DNA of 64,000 nt from Pontiella sp. (lineage in GTDB: Bacteria; Verrucomicrobiota; Kiritimatiellia; Kiritimatiellales; Pontiellaceae), in assembly GCA_050290185.1 (NCBI GenBank), contig JBNKHE010000006.1, positions 64,001 to 128,000 of the forward strand, read 5' to 3'. Made by a program: the position numbers and the translations under genes. Positions 1 to 9,212 of this stretch are shown piece after piece (the first letter of the stretch is position 1; every line of letters begins with the position of its first letter). Under the pieces are notes generated by a model. The model saw only the letters and a list, made by a program, of their open reading frames with translations, did no database searches and was not told the origin of the DNA.

Positions 1-1
1 C

Positions 2-2020
2 ACCAAATCGACCGAAAACTCGAATATCGTGAACAACAATCCCGAAGCCGTGAACCTCGGCGTCGCCGAACTAGTACTGAAGCAATGGGCGCTCGACACC
101 ATCTTCAGCCCGGAAGTCAAACGCGCGCACGACACCGGTGCAGTCCATTTGCACGATCTCGGCTATCCGACACGGGTTTACTGTTCGTCACACTCGATCG
201 AATACGTCAAAAAATATGGCCTGACCGGCCTGATCAACCTCAACACCACGTCTAGCCCGGCCCGTTCCGCCTCCGTACTGACCGGCCATCTCAACACCTT
301 CCTGGCCTCAATGCAGGCCAACTATGCCGGCGCACTCGGCATCGCCTACATCAACATCCTTTATGCCCCGTTCCTTGTCGGCATGAGCGATGGCGAACTT
401 CACCAGGTAGCACAGGAACTCATCTTCAACGGTTCGCAGAACGCATTCTCCCGCGGCGGCCAAACCCTGTTTCTCGACTTCAACATCCACACCGGTGTTC
501 CAAGCTACCTTAAAACGGTACCGGCCATCGGTTCCGGAGGACACTACCAGCTCCGGCTTAAAGACGGCACCATCGTCGAGCTGGAAGAAGAACTTCGCGA
601 TGAAACCGATGCCGCCGGCTATAAACTGATGGAACTCTACTACCATGATCCTGTGCTGGGCAAACGCTTGGTCCTGCGCGAGTTGGCCGATGAAAAAGAC
701 GGCACCATCTACGACCCCGAAGTCCAGGCTATGCTGGAGGATAACGCAGAAGCGATTGTCACCTACAGCGACTATACCCAGGAAGCACAGAGCTTCTGCC
801 GCGCCCTGCTCAAGGTATTCGGCGAAGGCGATGCCAACGGCCGCATCTTCGAATTCCCGAAGTGCGACTTCCACGTCTCCGACGAAACCTATGAGGACCC
901 GGCCCAGTTCGCCATCTTCCAGGAAGCCTGTGAACTCGCATCCAAAAACGGATCAACCTACTTCATCTTCGACCGCGATGAAGTCACCCTGTCCGCCTGC
1001 TGCCGCCTGCGTACCACCATCAGCGACAACCGGATGCTCAAGCACCCCGAAAGCATGCGCTTCTGCGGATTCCAGAATGTAACCATCAACATCCCGCAAG
1101 CCTCCTACCGAGCCGCGCGCACCGGAGGAGACATCATTAAAAACTTCTTTTCCGAGCTCGATCGCACCATGGAACTCGCGGTCGATGCCCACCTGCAGAA
1201 GAAGGCCAAGGCCGCCGAAATGCTCAGCGGCCCGGGACATCCGCTCTGGCAGATCGGCAAAACAGCCAACGACGGCAAACCCTATGTCGACCTTGAAAAC
1301 TGCACCTACATCCTTGGCCTGATCGGCGTGAACGATGCCGTCAAATTCCTCATCGGACAGGAACTGCACGACAGTACGCAGGCACAACGCTTCGGCCTCC
1401 GGATCGTTGCGCACATGTATTCCAAAGCCAAGAAACTGGCTGCGAAGTACAATCTCAAGTTTACCCTCGAGGAATCCCCCGCCGAGTCGGCCGCCCGCCG
1501 TCTGGCCAAGTCCGACATGATCTACTTCGCCGAAGAGTCGAGGGACATCGTCAAGGGTCCGGTCGATGCCGAATACTACACCAACTCGATTCATCTTGCC
1601 GCCGAGGCAGACGTCTCGCTGGTCGACCGCATTGTCGAGCAGTCGAAATACCACAGCATGATCGAATCCGGCGCCATTACCCACTGCTTCATCGGCGAGG
1701 AGCGTCCGGATGCCGATTCCATTGCCCACCTGATGACCGAAGTGTTCTATCGCACCCAATCCGCACAGGTTTGTATATCGCCGGAATTCACCTTCTGCGA
1801 CCGTTGCCACCACCAGACCCGCGGCCTGCTCACCGCCTGCCCGGAATGCGGCTCCACCGAGGTGGTCGGCGAAACCCGCGTGGTCGGCTACTTCAGCAAG
1901 GTGCAGAACTGGAATAAATCCAAACGCTACGGCGAACTGCTGGCCCGCCATGCCGGCAGGTATAATGTCACCACCGCCGATGCCGAAGGCGTTGAACAAA
2001 ACCTCGTAACCGCAAAGTAA
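2..2020 (+). CDS. nrdD: Anaerobic (class III) ribonucleoside-triphosphate reductase, 5'-truncated by the window edge
   Basis: Frame is open from base 2 (TKSTENSNIVNNNPEAVN). Motifs HLHDL, SACCRL finger loop, ESPAES, YYTNS, C-terminal CxxC...CxxC zinc site and the glycyl-radical motif TRVVGYF. Confidence 0.97.
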   Translation, partial: TKSTENSNIVNNNPEAVNLGVAELVLKQWALDTIFSPEVKRAHDTGAVHLHDLGYPTRVYCSSHSIEYVKKYGLTGLINLNTTSSPARSASVLTGHLNTFLASMQANYAGALGIAYINILYAPFLVGMSDGELHQVAQELIFNGSQNAFSRGGQTLFLDFNIHTGVPSYLKTVPAIGSGGHYQLRLKDGTIVELEEELRDETDAAGYKLMELYYHDPVLGKRLVLRELADEKDGTIYDPEVQAMLEDNAEAIVTYSDYTQEAQSFCRALLKVFGEGDANGRIFEFPKCDFHVSDETYEDPAQFAIFQEACELASKNGSTYFIFDRDEVTLSACCRLRTTISDNRMLKHPESMRFCGFQNVTINIPQASYRAARTGGDIIKNFFSELDRTMELAVDAHLQKKAKAAEMLSGPGHPLWQIGKTANDGKPYVDLENCTYILGLIGVNDAVKFLIGQELHDSTQAQRFGLRIVAHMYSKAKKLAAKYNLKFTLEESPAESAARRLAKSDMIYFAEESRDIVKGPVDAEYYTNSIHLAAEADVSLVDRIVEQSKYHSMIESGAITHCFIGEERPDADSIAHLMTEVFYRTQSAQVCISPEFTFCDRCHHQTRGLLTACPECGSTEVVGETRVVGYFSKVQNWNKSKRYGELLARHAGRYNVTTADAEGVEQNLVTAK

Positions 2021-2058
2021 GGACCGGCCTCGTGCCTACCCCGCTAAAGGAGAAAGCA

Positions 2059-2454
2059 ATGGCTGCTAAATTCCAGATCAGAGTGTTCGGAAAAAAGGGC
2101 TGCGATAAATGCCAGACCCTTAACCAGCGCCTCGACAAGCTACTGGCCAAAGATGGCTTCAATGCCTTTGAGAAGCTCTATTGCGACATCGAAACCATTG
2201 ATGGCCTGGTTGCATTCGCAGAAGCTGAATGCATCAATCCATCCCGCATCCCGGCCATGCTCGTTACAAAATGGAACGAAGAAGCAGGCGAATTCGAACC
2301 GCTGCCCGTAGATGAGCCCGGCACGGCCGATGCCGTCTGCAGGAAATCGAAGCTCTACCAATATCTCGGATTGCAAACCGACTATTCTGATACCGGCAAG
2401 GGAGTCATCTCGCCAAAGATGATCCAGTCCATCCTTGCCGAAGTGCCGGAATAA
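2059..2454 (+). CDS. Thioredoxin/glutaredoxin-fold (NrdH-like) redoxin
   Basis: AAGGAG RBS before ATG 2059; N-terminal VFGKKGCDKC (CxxC); RIPAMLV cis-Pro-like motif; lies between nrdD and nrdG. Confidence 0.75.
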   Translation: MAAKFQIRVFGKKGCDKCQTLNQRLDKLLAKDGFNAFEKLYCDIETIDGLVAFAEAECINPSRIPAMLVTKWNEEAGEFEPLPVDEPGTADAVCRKSKLYQYLGLQTDYSDTGKGVISPKMIQSILAEVPE

Positions 2455-2467
2455 TCGATTATCACCC

Positions 2468-2509
2468 GGCCCGCCAGGCGCGCACCTCCTCCCCTGCGCC
2501 TGGCGGGCC
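2468..2509. other. GC-rich 14-bp intergenic hairpin
   Basis: GGCCCGCCAGGCGC ... GCGCCTGGCGGGCC perfect inverted repeat, with no U tract. Confidence 0.7.
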
Positions 2510-2571
2510 ACCCTTGCAAAACAATGCTGTCGCAGACCGAAAAACCGGAAGTAAGCAATTGGAAACCGGAA

Positions 2572-3267
2572 ATGACTTCCATTTATGCTCACCTTGAAAA
2601 GCCCTCGATGGTGGACTACCCAAAACACTTTGCAGCCGTATTCTTTACCAGCGGATGCAATTTTGGATGCGGCTTCTGCCACAACGCCACACTGATGGGG
2701 CATAAGCAGGCCGGACTGACGTGGAAGCAGCTGGAGACGGCCAGCACAAAGTTTAAGAAGGACTGGGTCAACGGCGTCGTCATCAGCGGAGGAGAGCCCA
2801 CCTGTTCGGACGATCTCCTTGAATTGATCCGCTTCTTCAAAGCGCGATTCGGCTTTGCCATCAAGCTCGACACCAATGGATCAAATCCCGATTTGCTGGC
2901 AGAGTGCCTGCCATATGTCGACTATGTCGCGATGGATGTCAAATGCGGCTTATCGGCCTACGCCGATGTCGTCCGCTTCCCCGATACCGAGAAGATTCAG
3001 CAATCCATCGATCTCATCCGCGCCGAAGCCAGAGATTATGAATTCCGAACGACCGTTATCGAATCCATCCATACGGATGAGCAAATGGACGAAGTGCGGC
3101 ATACCATACACGGCTCAAGGCGCTACGCCCTGCAAGCGTTTATTCCCCGCAACGAGCTCCCCGACAGACAATTGCGCCGCCAGCCCCGCACCACCGCCGC
3201 CCGCCTCCATGAACTCCGCGACCGTATGGCCGGCTGCGCCGACGAAATCCTTCTCCGCGGCGCCTGA
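2572..3267 (+). CDS. nrdG: Anaerobic RNR activating enzyme (radical SAM)
   Basis: CNFGCGFC (CxxxCxxC), SGGEPT, KLDTNG, YEFRTT motifs; downstream of nrdD. Start could instead be 2524. Confidence 0.93.
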   Translation: MTSIYAHLEKPSMVDYPKHFAAVFFTSGCNFGCGFCHNATLMGHKQAGLTWKQLETASTKFKKDWVNGVVISGGEPTCSDDLLELIRFFKARFGFAIKLDTNGSNPDLLAECLPYVDYVAMDVKCGLSAYADVVRFPDTEKIQQSIDLIRAEARDYEFRTTVIESIHTDEQMDEVRHTIHGSRRYALQAFIPRNELPDRQLRRQPRTTAARLHELRDRMAGCADEILLRGA

Positions 3268-3268
3268 A

Positions 3269-3784
3269 CTAGGCAATCGGATCGGGGCAAACATCACGGC
3301 GTTTGCAGGTGTCGCAGCACGATCCCATCCAAATTTCATCAAACTGCTCCATAACCCCCGAAACGATGTCCGGTTCGTCGGAAACGATCCCTGATTCAAA
3401 GTTGCGGCGGTCCTTGCTTTTTGCCCCCATGCCGGCGCCGGTCAGGTTGGCGCTGCCGAGATAGACCATGCGGCCATCTACCACGACCGTTTTCAGGTGA
3501 ACGCGCGGACAGATATTGCGCTCCAGCCCATCGATCAGTCCCGGATAGTGGTCAAAGTCTTTGCGGAAGTTCGGCCCGGGTTCCTTGGCGTGCAATAGGC
3601 GGATTTCCACACCTTCGGCAACCAGATCGGCCAACACGCCGAGAAAAGGCCGGAAACGCCCGTTGCCATCAACGTGCAGATCCTTGATGTCCGCCGTGGC
3701 GATCCAGACGAATCGCTCCGCATCCGGCACAAGCTTCTGGATCACCGCTTCGTAAATCCTTCTGTTCTTTACAAACTCGATCAT
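3269..3784 (-). CDS. Phospholipase D-superfamily single-HKD protein (Nuc-like) with C-terminal Cys cluster
   Basis: HLKTVVVD (HxKxxxxD), GSANLT, NFE motifs. Start MIEFVKNRRIY sits 2 nt after the upstream gene's stop. Confidence 0.85.
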   Translation of the reverse strand: MIEFVKNRRIYEAVIQKLVPDAERFVWIATADIKDLHVDGNGRFRPFLGVLADLVAEGVEIRLLHAKEPGPNFRKDFDHYPGLIDGLERNICPRVHLKTVVVDGRMVYLGSANLTGAGMGAKSKDRRNFESGIVSDEPDIVSGVMEQFDEIWMGSCCDTCKRRDVCPDPIA

Positions 3785-3785
3785 T

Positions 3786-4430
3786 CTAGCGTGCGTAGGC
3801 GTAGAGCTTGAGAGTTTTGGATTCCGTGAGACCCGGCGGAGGCTCGGTGGCAATACGAATTACTGAACGAGCGTTTTTTACTTCGGGGCGGCGTGTTACA
3901 ACAACTTCATATTCGAAACCATCGCGAATGGTTTTGAGTTCAGCCGGCAGGGCCGCGTGCGACGACGTAATACTCAGCAACCTGATGGGCATGGCGTTGG
4001 GATTGTGCAAGTGAATCGTCTTTCCCCCGGAGGAGTCCTCTCTATTCCACTGAACCAGCGGTGAACTGATCTCGTAGGCCTTGGGGATGTCGGCCACAAG
4101 CGTCAGCACCTGCTCACCGCCGTCTCCCGTTCTGACCATGACCGTCTTTCGCAGTTGCCCGCCCCGCCCCTGCAGGTTGAGCCCGATCGTCAATGTTCCT
4201 TCTTCGCCGGGGGCATAGGATGGTTTGGTTGGCTTCGCCGACAGGCATCCGCAATTAATAACGACGTCGGAAATGGAAACGGGATCGTCTCCCGTGTTCG
4301 TAAAATGGAAAACCGCCTCTGCGGCGATCTGCGTCGGATGCACCGGAATGACCACCTCAACCTGCTCCCACTTAATTTCGGCCACTGCCATAACCGAAAT
4401 CATCCATGCACATAAAAGGAATTTTCTCAT
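3786..4430 (-). CDS. DUF1573 domain exported protein
   Basis: Signal peptide; FHFTNTGDDPVSISDVVINCGC motif typical of DUF1573. Confidence 0.8.
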   Translation of the reverse strand: MRKFLLCAWMISVMAVAEIKWEQVEVVIPVHPTQIAAEAVFHFTNTGDDPVSISDVVINCGCLSAKPTKPSYAPGEEGTLTIGLNLQGRGGQLRKTVMVRTGDGGEQVLTLVADIPKAYEISSPLVQWNREDSSGGKTIHLHNPNAMPIRLLSITSSHAALPAELKTIRDGFEYEVVVTRRPEVKNARSVIRIATEPPPGLTESKTLKLYAYAR

Positions 4431-5647
4431 CCCGACTCCAGTAGCTTCCGCAGGTTGAATCCTACCAGACAGACATCATCCGCAAACTGTTTGTTTTTGG
4501 CGAATTCAAGGGCGGCATTTTCAAGTCCGCGGAAGATGCGGCCAAGCGATTTGCCGCTCATTTCCTGGGCAGCATGAAGCAAACGTTTCTCGCAAAACGG
4601 TTCTTCCTGCGCACTCATGAGCGTGAAAAGTCCGTCGGTAAACAAAACCACCGAATCGGCAGGCTGCAACTGGCAGGTGATGGTTCGGAATTTTGCCTTG
4701 GGCTCAGCGGCCAACGCCGGTCCGCGCAGCACCAGATTTTCGAATAGCCACTTGGCCGGTTGGCCCGGCCTGAAATGCAGCGGCAGTGGATGGCCGGCAC
4801 TGGCAAGCCGTGCCTGTCCGGTGGCTACATCCAGCACCATGTAGCAGGCTGTGATATCCAGCAGCAGGGCGTCGGGATGCAGCAAGGGATAAAGCTGCTC
4901 ATTCAACCTTCCCAGATAGGCGGAAGGATCCTCCGCCATCGCATAGATATCCTGCATAATCCCCCGGACCAGCGATGCGCCAAGCGCTGCGCGTGCGCCG
5001 GATCCCAGCACATCGCACAATAGAATAGCGACCTGGGTTGTCGAAATGCGCCGGACATAGCAATAGTCCCCGCTAACCAGATTGCATTTATTAAAATGGT
5101 GGAGGAATTCCACGCAGCTATCTTCAGGGTTCACTCCTTCAGGAAAGACCGGGTACTCCGACAGAAAGAAACTGCGCTGCAGCTTACCGGCCATGCGCGC
5201 ATCGTCTTCCATCAGATCCTTGATGGCCCGAACCTGTTCTGCATACTGTTGTGCTTTGAGCTGGGCTTCCTTCTGGGCAGTGATATCCCGCGAGATTCCG
5301 AAAATTCCGACAATTTCCCCGCGATCATTGCGAATCGGGACTTTGGAAGAGGAAACCCAGGTCACCCGACCATCGGGCCATATCTCTTTTTCTTCAAGCC
5401 CCCGCAGAATTTCGCCGGTTGCAATAATATGCTGTTCGTCAACGTAGGTTTGACGGGCATGCTCTTCGGCAAAAACATCGAAGTCGGTCTTTCCAATCCC
5501 CTCTTCCGGCGTAGCCCACCCATGCTTGGATGCACAGGCATGGTTGCACAGGACAAAGCGGGACCGGGCATCTTTGAAGTAGATGACATCCAGGGAACTG
5601 TGCAACAACTGCTCCAACAGATATCCGTCATCTGGCAAGTTATTCAT
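4427..5647 (-). CDS. PAS + SpoIIE/PP2C (RsbU-like) phosphatase, paralog 2
   Basis: PAS (IYFKD...GKTDFD...GISRDIT), VSGDY, CDVLGSG, SAGHP, FTDG, DDVC motifs. Start chosen by alignment with paralog 1. Confidence 0.88.
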   Translation of the reverse strand: MNNLPDDGYLLEQLLHSSLDVIYFKDARSRFVLCNHACASKHGWATPEEGIGKTDFDVFAEEHARQTYVDEQHIIATGEILRGLEEKEIWPDGRVTWVSSSKVPIRNDRGEIVGIFGISRDITAQKEAQLKAQQYAEQVRAIKDLMEDDARMAGKLQRSFFLSEYPVFPEGVNPEDSCVEFLHHFNKCNLVSGDYCYVRRISTTQVAILLCDVLGSGARAALGASLVRGIMQDIYAMAEDPSAYLGRLNEQLYPLLHPDALLLDITACYMVLDVATGQARLASAGHPLPLHFRPGQPAKWLFENLVLRGPALAAEPKAKFRTITCQLQPADSVVLFTDGLFTLMSAQEEPFCEKRLLHAAQEMSGKSLGRIFRGLENAALEFAKNKQFADDVCLVGFNLRKLLESG

Positions 5648-5705
5648 AAGCCCTGTACTTTTCCGCCAATCCTGATCCAGGCCGGCCTGGTCGTTGAAAT
5701 CGCGG

Positions 5706-6923
5706 TCACACCATGGAATGTTTGAAATGCAATCCAACCATGCAGACATCGTCATCCAGACCGCCATGCCCTGCAAAATCGCTGGCATCCTTGGCTAAAG
5801 CAGGGAAGAGATCCGGGAGCGGCAGACGGGCCAGACGTTGGGCCGCCTCTTGCATGCGTTCCTCACCGAATTCCTCGCCGTCATCGCGCTCAACCTCATA
5901 AAGACCATCGGTGTAGATCATCACCGAGTCCCCCGGTTGCAGTTGCTTCTCTATGGTCTGGTAGGTTGCATCCTCGGCAATCGCCAATGCGCAACCGCGC
6001 AATGCAGAATCGCCCATCAGCCATGCCGCCGTTTCCCCGCCGTCCTTGAAATGCAGGGGATCAGGGTGTCCGGCATTCGCCATGGAAAGTTTCCCGGTCG
6101 AGGCATCGAAAACAATGTAGCAGGCTGACGCAAAGAGCAGCATGTCCTCTTGTCGAAGCATGGGAAGCAACAGTTGATTCATCCGTTCCAGAAACCTGCC
6201 CGGGTCCGTGGCCACCGGAGCCAATTCCTCCACTATGGCACAGATCAGCGCAGTACCGAGGGCTGCGCGCACCCCATGCCCCATGACATCGCATTGAAAG
6301 ATTCCCGCCTGGGTATCGGACAGACGCCGCACCGTGCAGAAGTCTCCGCTTACCATGCCACTGGCATTGTAGTAGTGGCTGAATTCAACACAACTTTCCG
6401 ACGACGAAACGCCGGAAGGGAACACGGGGTAGTTTCTCGGAAAGAAGGTCTTCTGCAACTCGGCCGCCATCCGGACATCTTCCTCCATGCCCTCCTTGAT
6501 GCGGCGAACCTGTTCCGCAAAATAGGCCGCCCGCAGCTCGGCCTCTTTGTGATCGGTAATATCGCGTGACACCCCGAATGTGCCGATGATCTTTCCTTCG
6601 GCACTTCTTAGCGGCATCTTGGTCGTGGACACCCACGTAATACGTCCGTCCGGCCAGGTTTCCTTTTCCTCCACACCGACCAGCGGCTCGCCCGTGGAAA
6701 TAATGCGTTGCTCGTCATCATAGGCCTTCTGGGCGTGCGACTGGGCAAACAGATCGAAGTCGGAATGGCCAACCACGGCATCCGGGTTGAGTCCGGTCCA
6801 GTCACAAAACGACTTGTTAACCATAATAAACCGGGATTCAACGTCCTTGAAATAGATGTTGTCCGGCATGTTTTCCATGAGATTCTTCAGTAGAAACCGG
6901 GTATCATTCAGATCGTTGCTCAT
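5706..6923 (-). CDS. PAS + SpoIIE/PP2C (RsbU-like) phosphatase, paralog 1
   Basis: AGGAG RBS; PAS domain; VSGDF, CDVMGHG, NAGHP, YTDG, DDVC motifs. Confidence 0.9.
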   Translation of the reverse strand: MSNDLNDTRFLLKNLMENMPDNIYFKDVESRFIMVNKSFCDWTGLNPDAVVGHSDFDLFAQSHAQKAYDDEQRIISTGEPLVGVEEKETWPDGRITWVSTTKMPLRSAEGKIIGTFGVSRDITDHKEAELRAAYFAEQVRRIKEGMEEDVRMAAELQKTFFPRNYPVFPSGVSSSESCVEFSHYYNASGMVSGDFCTVRRLSDTQAGIFQCDVMGHGVRAALGTALICAIVEELAPVATDPGRFLERMNQLLLPMLRQEDMLLFASACYIVFDASTGKLSMANAGHPDPLHFKDGGETAAWLMGDSALRGCALAIAEDATYQTIEKQLQPGDSVMIYTDGLYEVERDDGEEFGEERMQEAAQRLARLPLPDLFPALAKDASDFAGHGGLDDDVCMVGLHFKHSMV

Positions 6924-7032
6924 GCACTTCTCTCCTAAACCGCAACTATTGTTATGCCAACCCCTTGGATGCATCAACGCAAAAGCAGATGAATCAACTC
7001 CCCATTAACCGTACATCTGCTAAGTTTCCAGA

Positions 7033-7230
7033 ATGGAAGAGCGTATAAATCAACTCGAAAGCTTGACGGCATTGCAGGATAACACCCTCGCACAGCTCAA
7101 TAACGAAGTGTTCCGCCAGCAACAGGACATCGCCCGGCTCCGGCAACGCATTGAAGCGTTGGAGAAAAAACTGGAGCAAATAGACCAACCGGACGAAATT
7201 GCGGGCAATGAAAGGCCGCCCCACTGGTAA
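7033..7230 (+). CDS. slyX: SlyX family protein
   Basis: MEERINQLES..QD..L..LN coiled coil and C-terminal ERPPHW. Confidence 0.88.
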   Translation: MEERINQLESLTALQDNTLAQLNNEVFRQQQDIARLRQRIEALEKKLEQIDQPDEIAGNERPPHW

Positions 7231-7300
7231 ATTTTCGCTATTGATACTAGCACCTGCGTGTCAATCTGCTAAAAGCGTCGCCGCCAAAACAAAGGAAACC

Positions 7301-8725
7301 ATGCGAAGCAAGCAAACGAAAATTATCTGTACCATTGCGGGAAACCGCTGCGAACCCGACTTCATTCGGCAACTCGTCGATAGCGGAATGAACGTGGCCC
7401 GTCTCAATACCGCCCACATCAGCACCGAAGAAGCCGAAGTGATCATCGCCAACATTCGGTCTGTCTCCGAACACATCGGCATCCTGATCGACACCAAGGG
7501 TCCCGAAGTTCGCACCTGCGAAATCGACGAGCCCATCCAGCTCAAAACGGGCGACTCCGTCTGCATTGCCTCCGACCGCGTTCCCGAGGGAGGCTTCAAG
7601 GTCAACTATGAAGACTTTGTCGAGGAGATCCCCAAGGGCAGCGTAATCCTGCTCGATGACGGCGAAATCCAACTTACCGTAACCGGCAAAACCCCCGTCA
7701 CGCTCACCTGCGTTGCCGACAACGACGGCACCATTAAAAACCGCAAGAGCGTCAACGTCCCCGGCATCAAACTCAACATGCCCGCGCTCACCGAAAAAGA
7801 TGCGGAATTCATCGACTGGGCCACCCGAATGGATATCGAATTCATTGCCCATTCCTTCGTGCGCAGCCGCGACGATGTCATGGCCGTTCAAAGCATTCTC
7901 GACATGCGGAAAAGCCCCATGAAGATCATTGCCAAGATCGAAAACCGCGAGGGGGTCGACAATCTCGAATCCATCCTCGATGTCGCCCACAGCGTCATGG
8001 TCGCACGCGGCGATCTCGGCATTGAAATCCCGGCCGAAGAGGTGCCGGTCATCCAGAAGCAGATCATCAAGACCTGCATCCGCCGCGTGAAGCCGGTGAT
8101 CACCGCCACGCAGATGCTCCACTCCATGATCGACAACCCCCGCGCAACCCGCGCCGAAGTGTCCGACGTGGCCAACGCCATTTACGACGGCACCGACGCC
8201 GTCATGCTGAGCGGCGAAACCGCCTACGGGAAATACCCCAGTGAAGCGGTCCAAACCATGGCCGATATCGCCCGCAATGTCGAAGCGCAGAAACTTTCGC
8301 TCAGCTACAAGCTCCCCGTCGTTCAACAGGCGGAAGATTTAATGCCGCGCAACCATCTGGCCAAATCCGCCGTCGCGATGGCCGCGATGCTTCCCGCAAA
8401 AGCGATCATTACCAGCACCAAGTCCGGCGACACCGCGCAAATCTGCGCCTCCTACCGTGGCCGGACCCCTATCATCGCCCTCTCGTCCAGCATGCGCATT
8501 GTGCGCGAACTTTCTCTGAGCTACGGAGTGTACGCCGAACGCCTCGACATTCCGCCCACCACCGACGAGCTGGTCAAAACCGCGCTGCAAAAACTGCTGG
8601 TAGAAGGCCACTTTGAAAAAGACGACCTCGTCGTCTTCATCGGCGGCGGACAGATCTACTCCGCCCGCACCAACTTCCTGCAGGTCGACACCCCCGCCAC
8701 CCTGCTCAAAAACGCGCAGACTTAA
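7301..8725 (+). CDS. pyk: Pyruvate kinase
   Basis: TKIICT, GMNVARLN, DTKGPEVR, IIAKIEN, MVARGDLG, TATQML, DAVMLSGETA motifs; AAGGA RBS. Confidence 0.97.
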   Translation: MRSKQTKIICTIAGNRCEPDFIRQLVDSGMNVARLNTAHISTEEAEVIIANIRSVSEHIGILIDTKGPEVRTCEIDEPIQLKTGDSVCIASDRVPEGGFKVNYEDFVEEIPKGSVILLDDGEIQLTVTGKTPVTLTCVADNDGTIKNRKSVNVPGIKLNMPALTEKDAEFIDWATRMDIEFIAHSFVRSRDDVMAVQSILDMRKSPMKIIAKIENREGVDNLESILDVAHSVMVARGDLGIEIPAEEVPVIQKQIIKTCIRRVKPVITATQMLHSMIDNPRATRAEVSDVANAIYDGTDAVMLSGETAYGKYPSEAVQTMADIARNVEAQKLSLSYKLPVVQQAEDLMPRNHLAKSAVAMAAMLPAKAIITSTKSGDTAQICASYRGRTPIIALSSSMRIVRELSLSYGVYAERLDIPPTTDELVKTALQKLLVEGHFEKDDLVVFIGGGQIYSARTNFLQVDTPATLLKNAQT

Positions 8726-8734
8726 AAAGGCACG

Positions 8735-8758
8735 AAAAAAGCGAACCCTCTGGTTCGC
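8735..8758 (-). terminator. Intrinsic terminator downstream of ppnP
   Basis: GCGAACC-4nt-GGTTCGC stem with A6 on its 5' side, which is a U tract on the minus strand. Confidence 0.65.
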
Positions 8759-8788
8759 CTAGATCGTTATCCGTCGGTGGAGTTGCCC

Positions 8789-8838
8789 TGGAGGGGCATT
8801 GTCCTCGATGCCCGGTCGGCGCGAACGCCGACCCTCCA
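8789..8838. repeat. REP-like palindromic element, copy 1
   Basis: TGGAGGG...CCCTCCA ends with two inner hairpins; homologous to 12257-12308. Confidence 0.65.
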
Positions 8839-8845
8839 CCACGGT

Positions 8846-9163
8846 CTATTCCTCAACATACGAACAGCAGTAGTCTGCGTATTCCTTCACAACCAGATCA
8901 AACTTCGAGTTCGCCGGCACATCGAACGACTCTCCCGCCTTGAAGGTCTTCCAGTGGGTCGAGCCCGGCAGGCGTACATCCATTTCGCCGCCGAGCATTT
9001 CCATCACTTCGGCCGCCGCCGTATCGAACGAATATTCGCCCGCCAGCATGAAACCCAGCGTCTTGCGCGCGCCGTCCGCAAACCTCACCGTCCGGCTCGT
9101 CACCTTGCCGTCAAAATACACATTCGCCTCGCGCACCACCGTCACATCATTGAATTCCGACAT
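8846..9163 (-). CDS. ppnP: Pyrimidine/purine nucleoside phosphorylase (DUF1255)
   Basis: [24 protein letters not shown] motifs; AGGAG RBS. Confidence 0.92.
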   Translation of the reverse strand: MSEFNDVTVVREANVYFDGKVTSRTVRFADGARKTLGFMLAGEYSFDTAAAEVMEMLGGEMDVRLPGSTHWKTFKAGESFDVPANSKFDLVVKEYADYCCSYVEE

Positions 9164-9212
9164 CGTTTTCTCCTGTTTGTATCTTACAATTCGTTTCAAC
9201 TCTCTTATACAC

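Noticed and set aside
541..760. Intein in nrdD
   Set aside because: Too short, with no N-terminal C/S block or terminal HN followed by C/S/T.
953..1999. Long antisense ORFs, e.g. 953-1999, 7247-8326, 16872-18119, 20574-21866, 37804-38883, 38949-40106
   Set aside because: Shadow frames opposite well-supported genes, expected from GC3-biased codon use, with no recognisable motifs.
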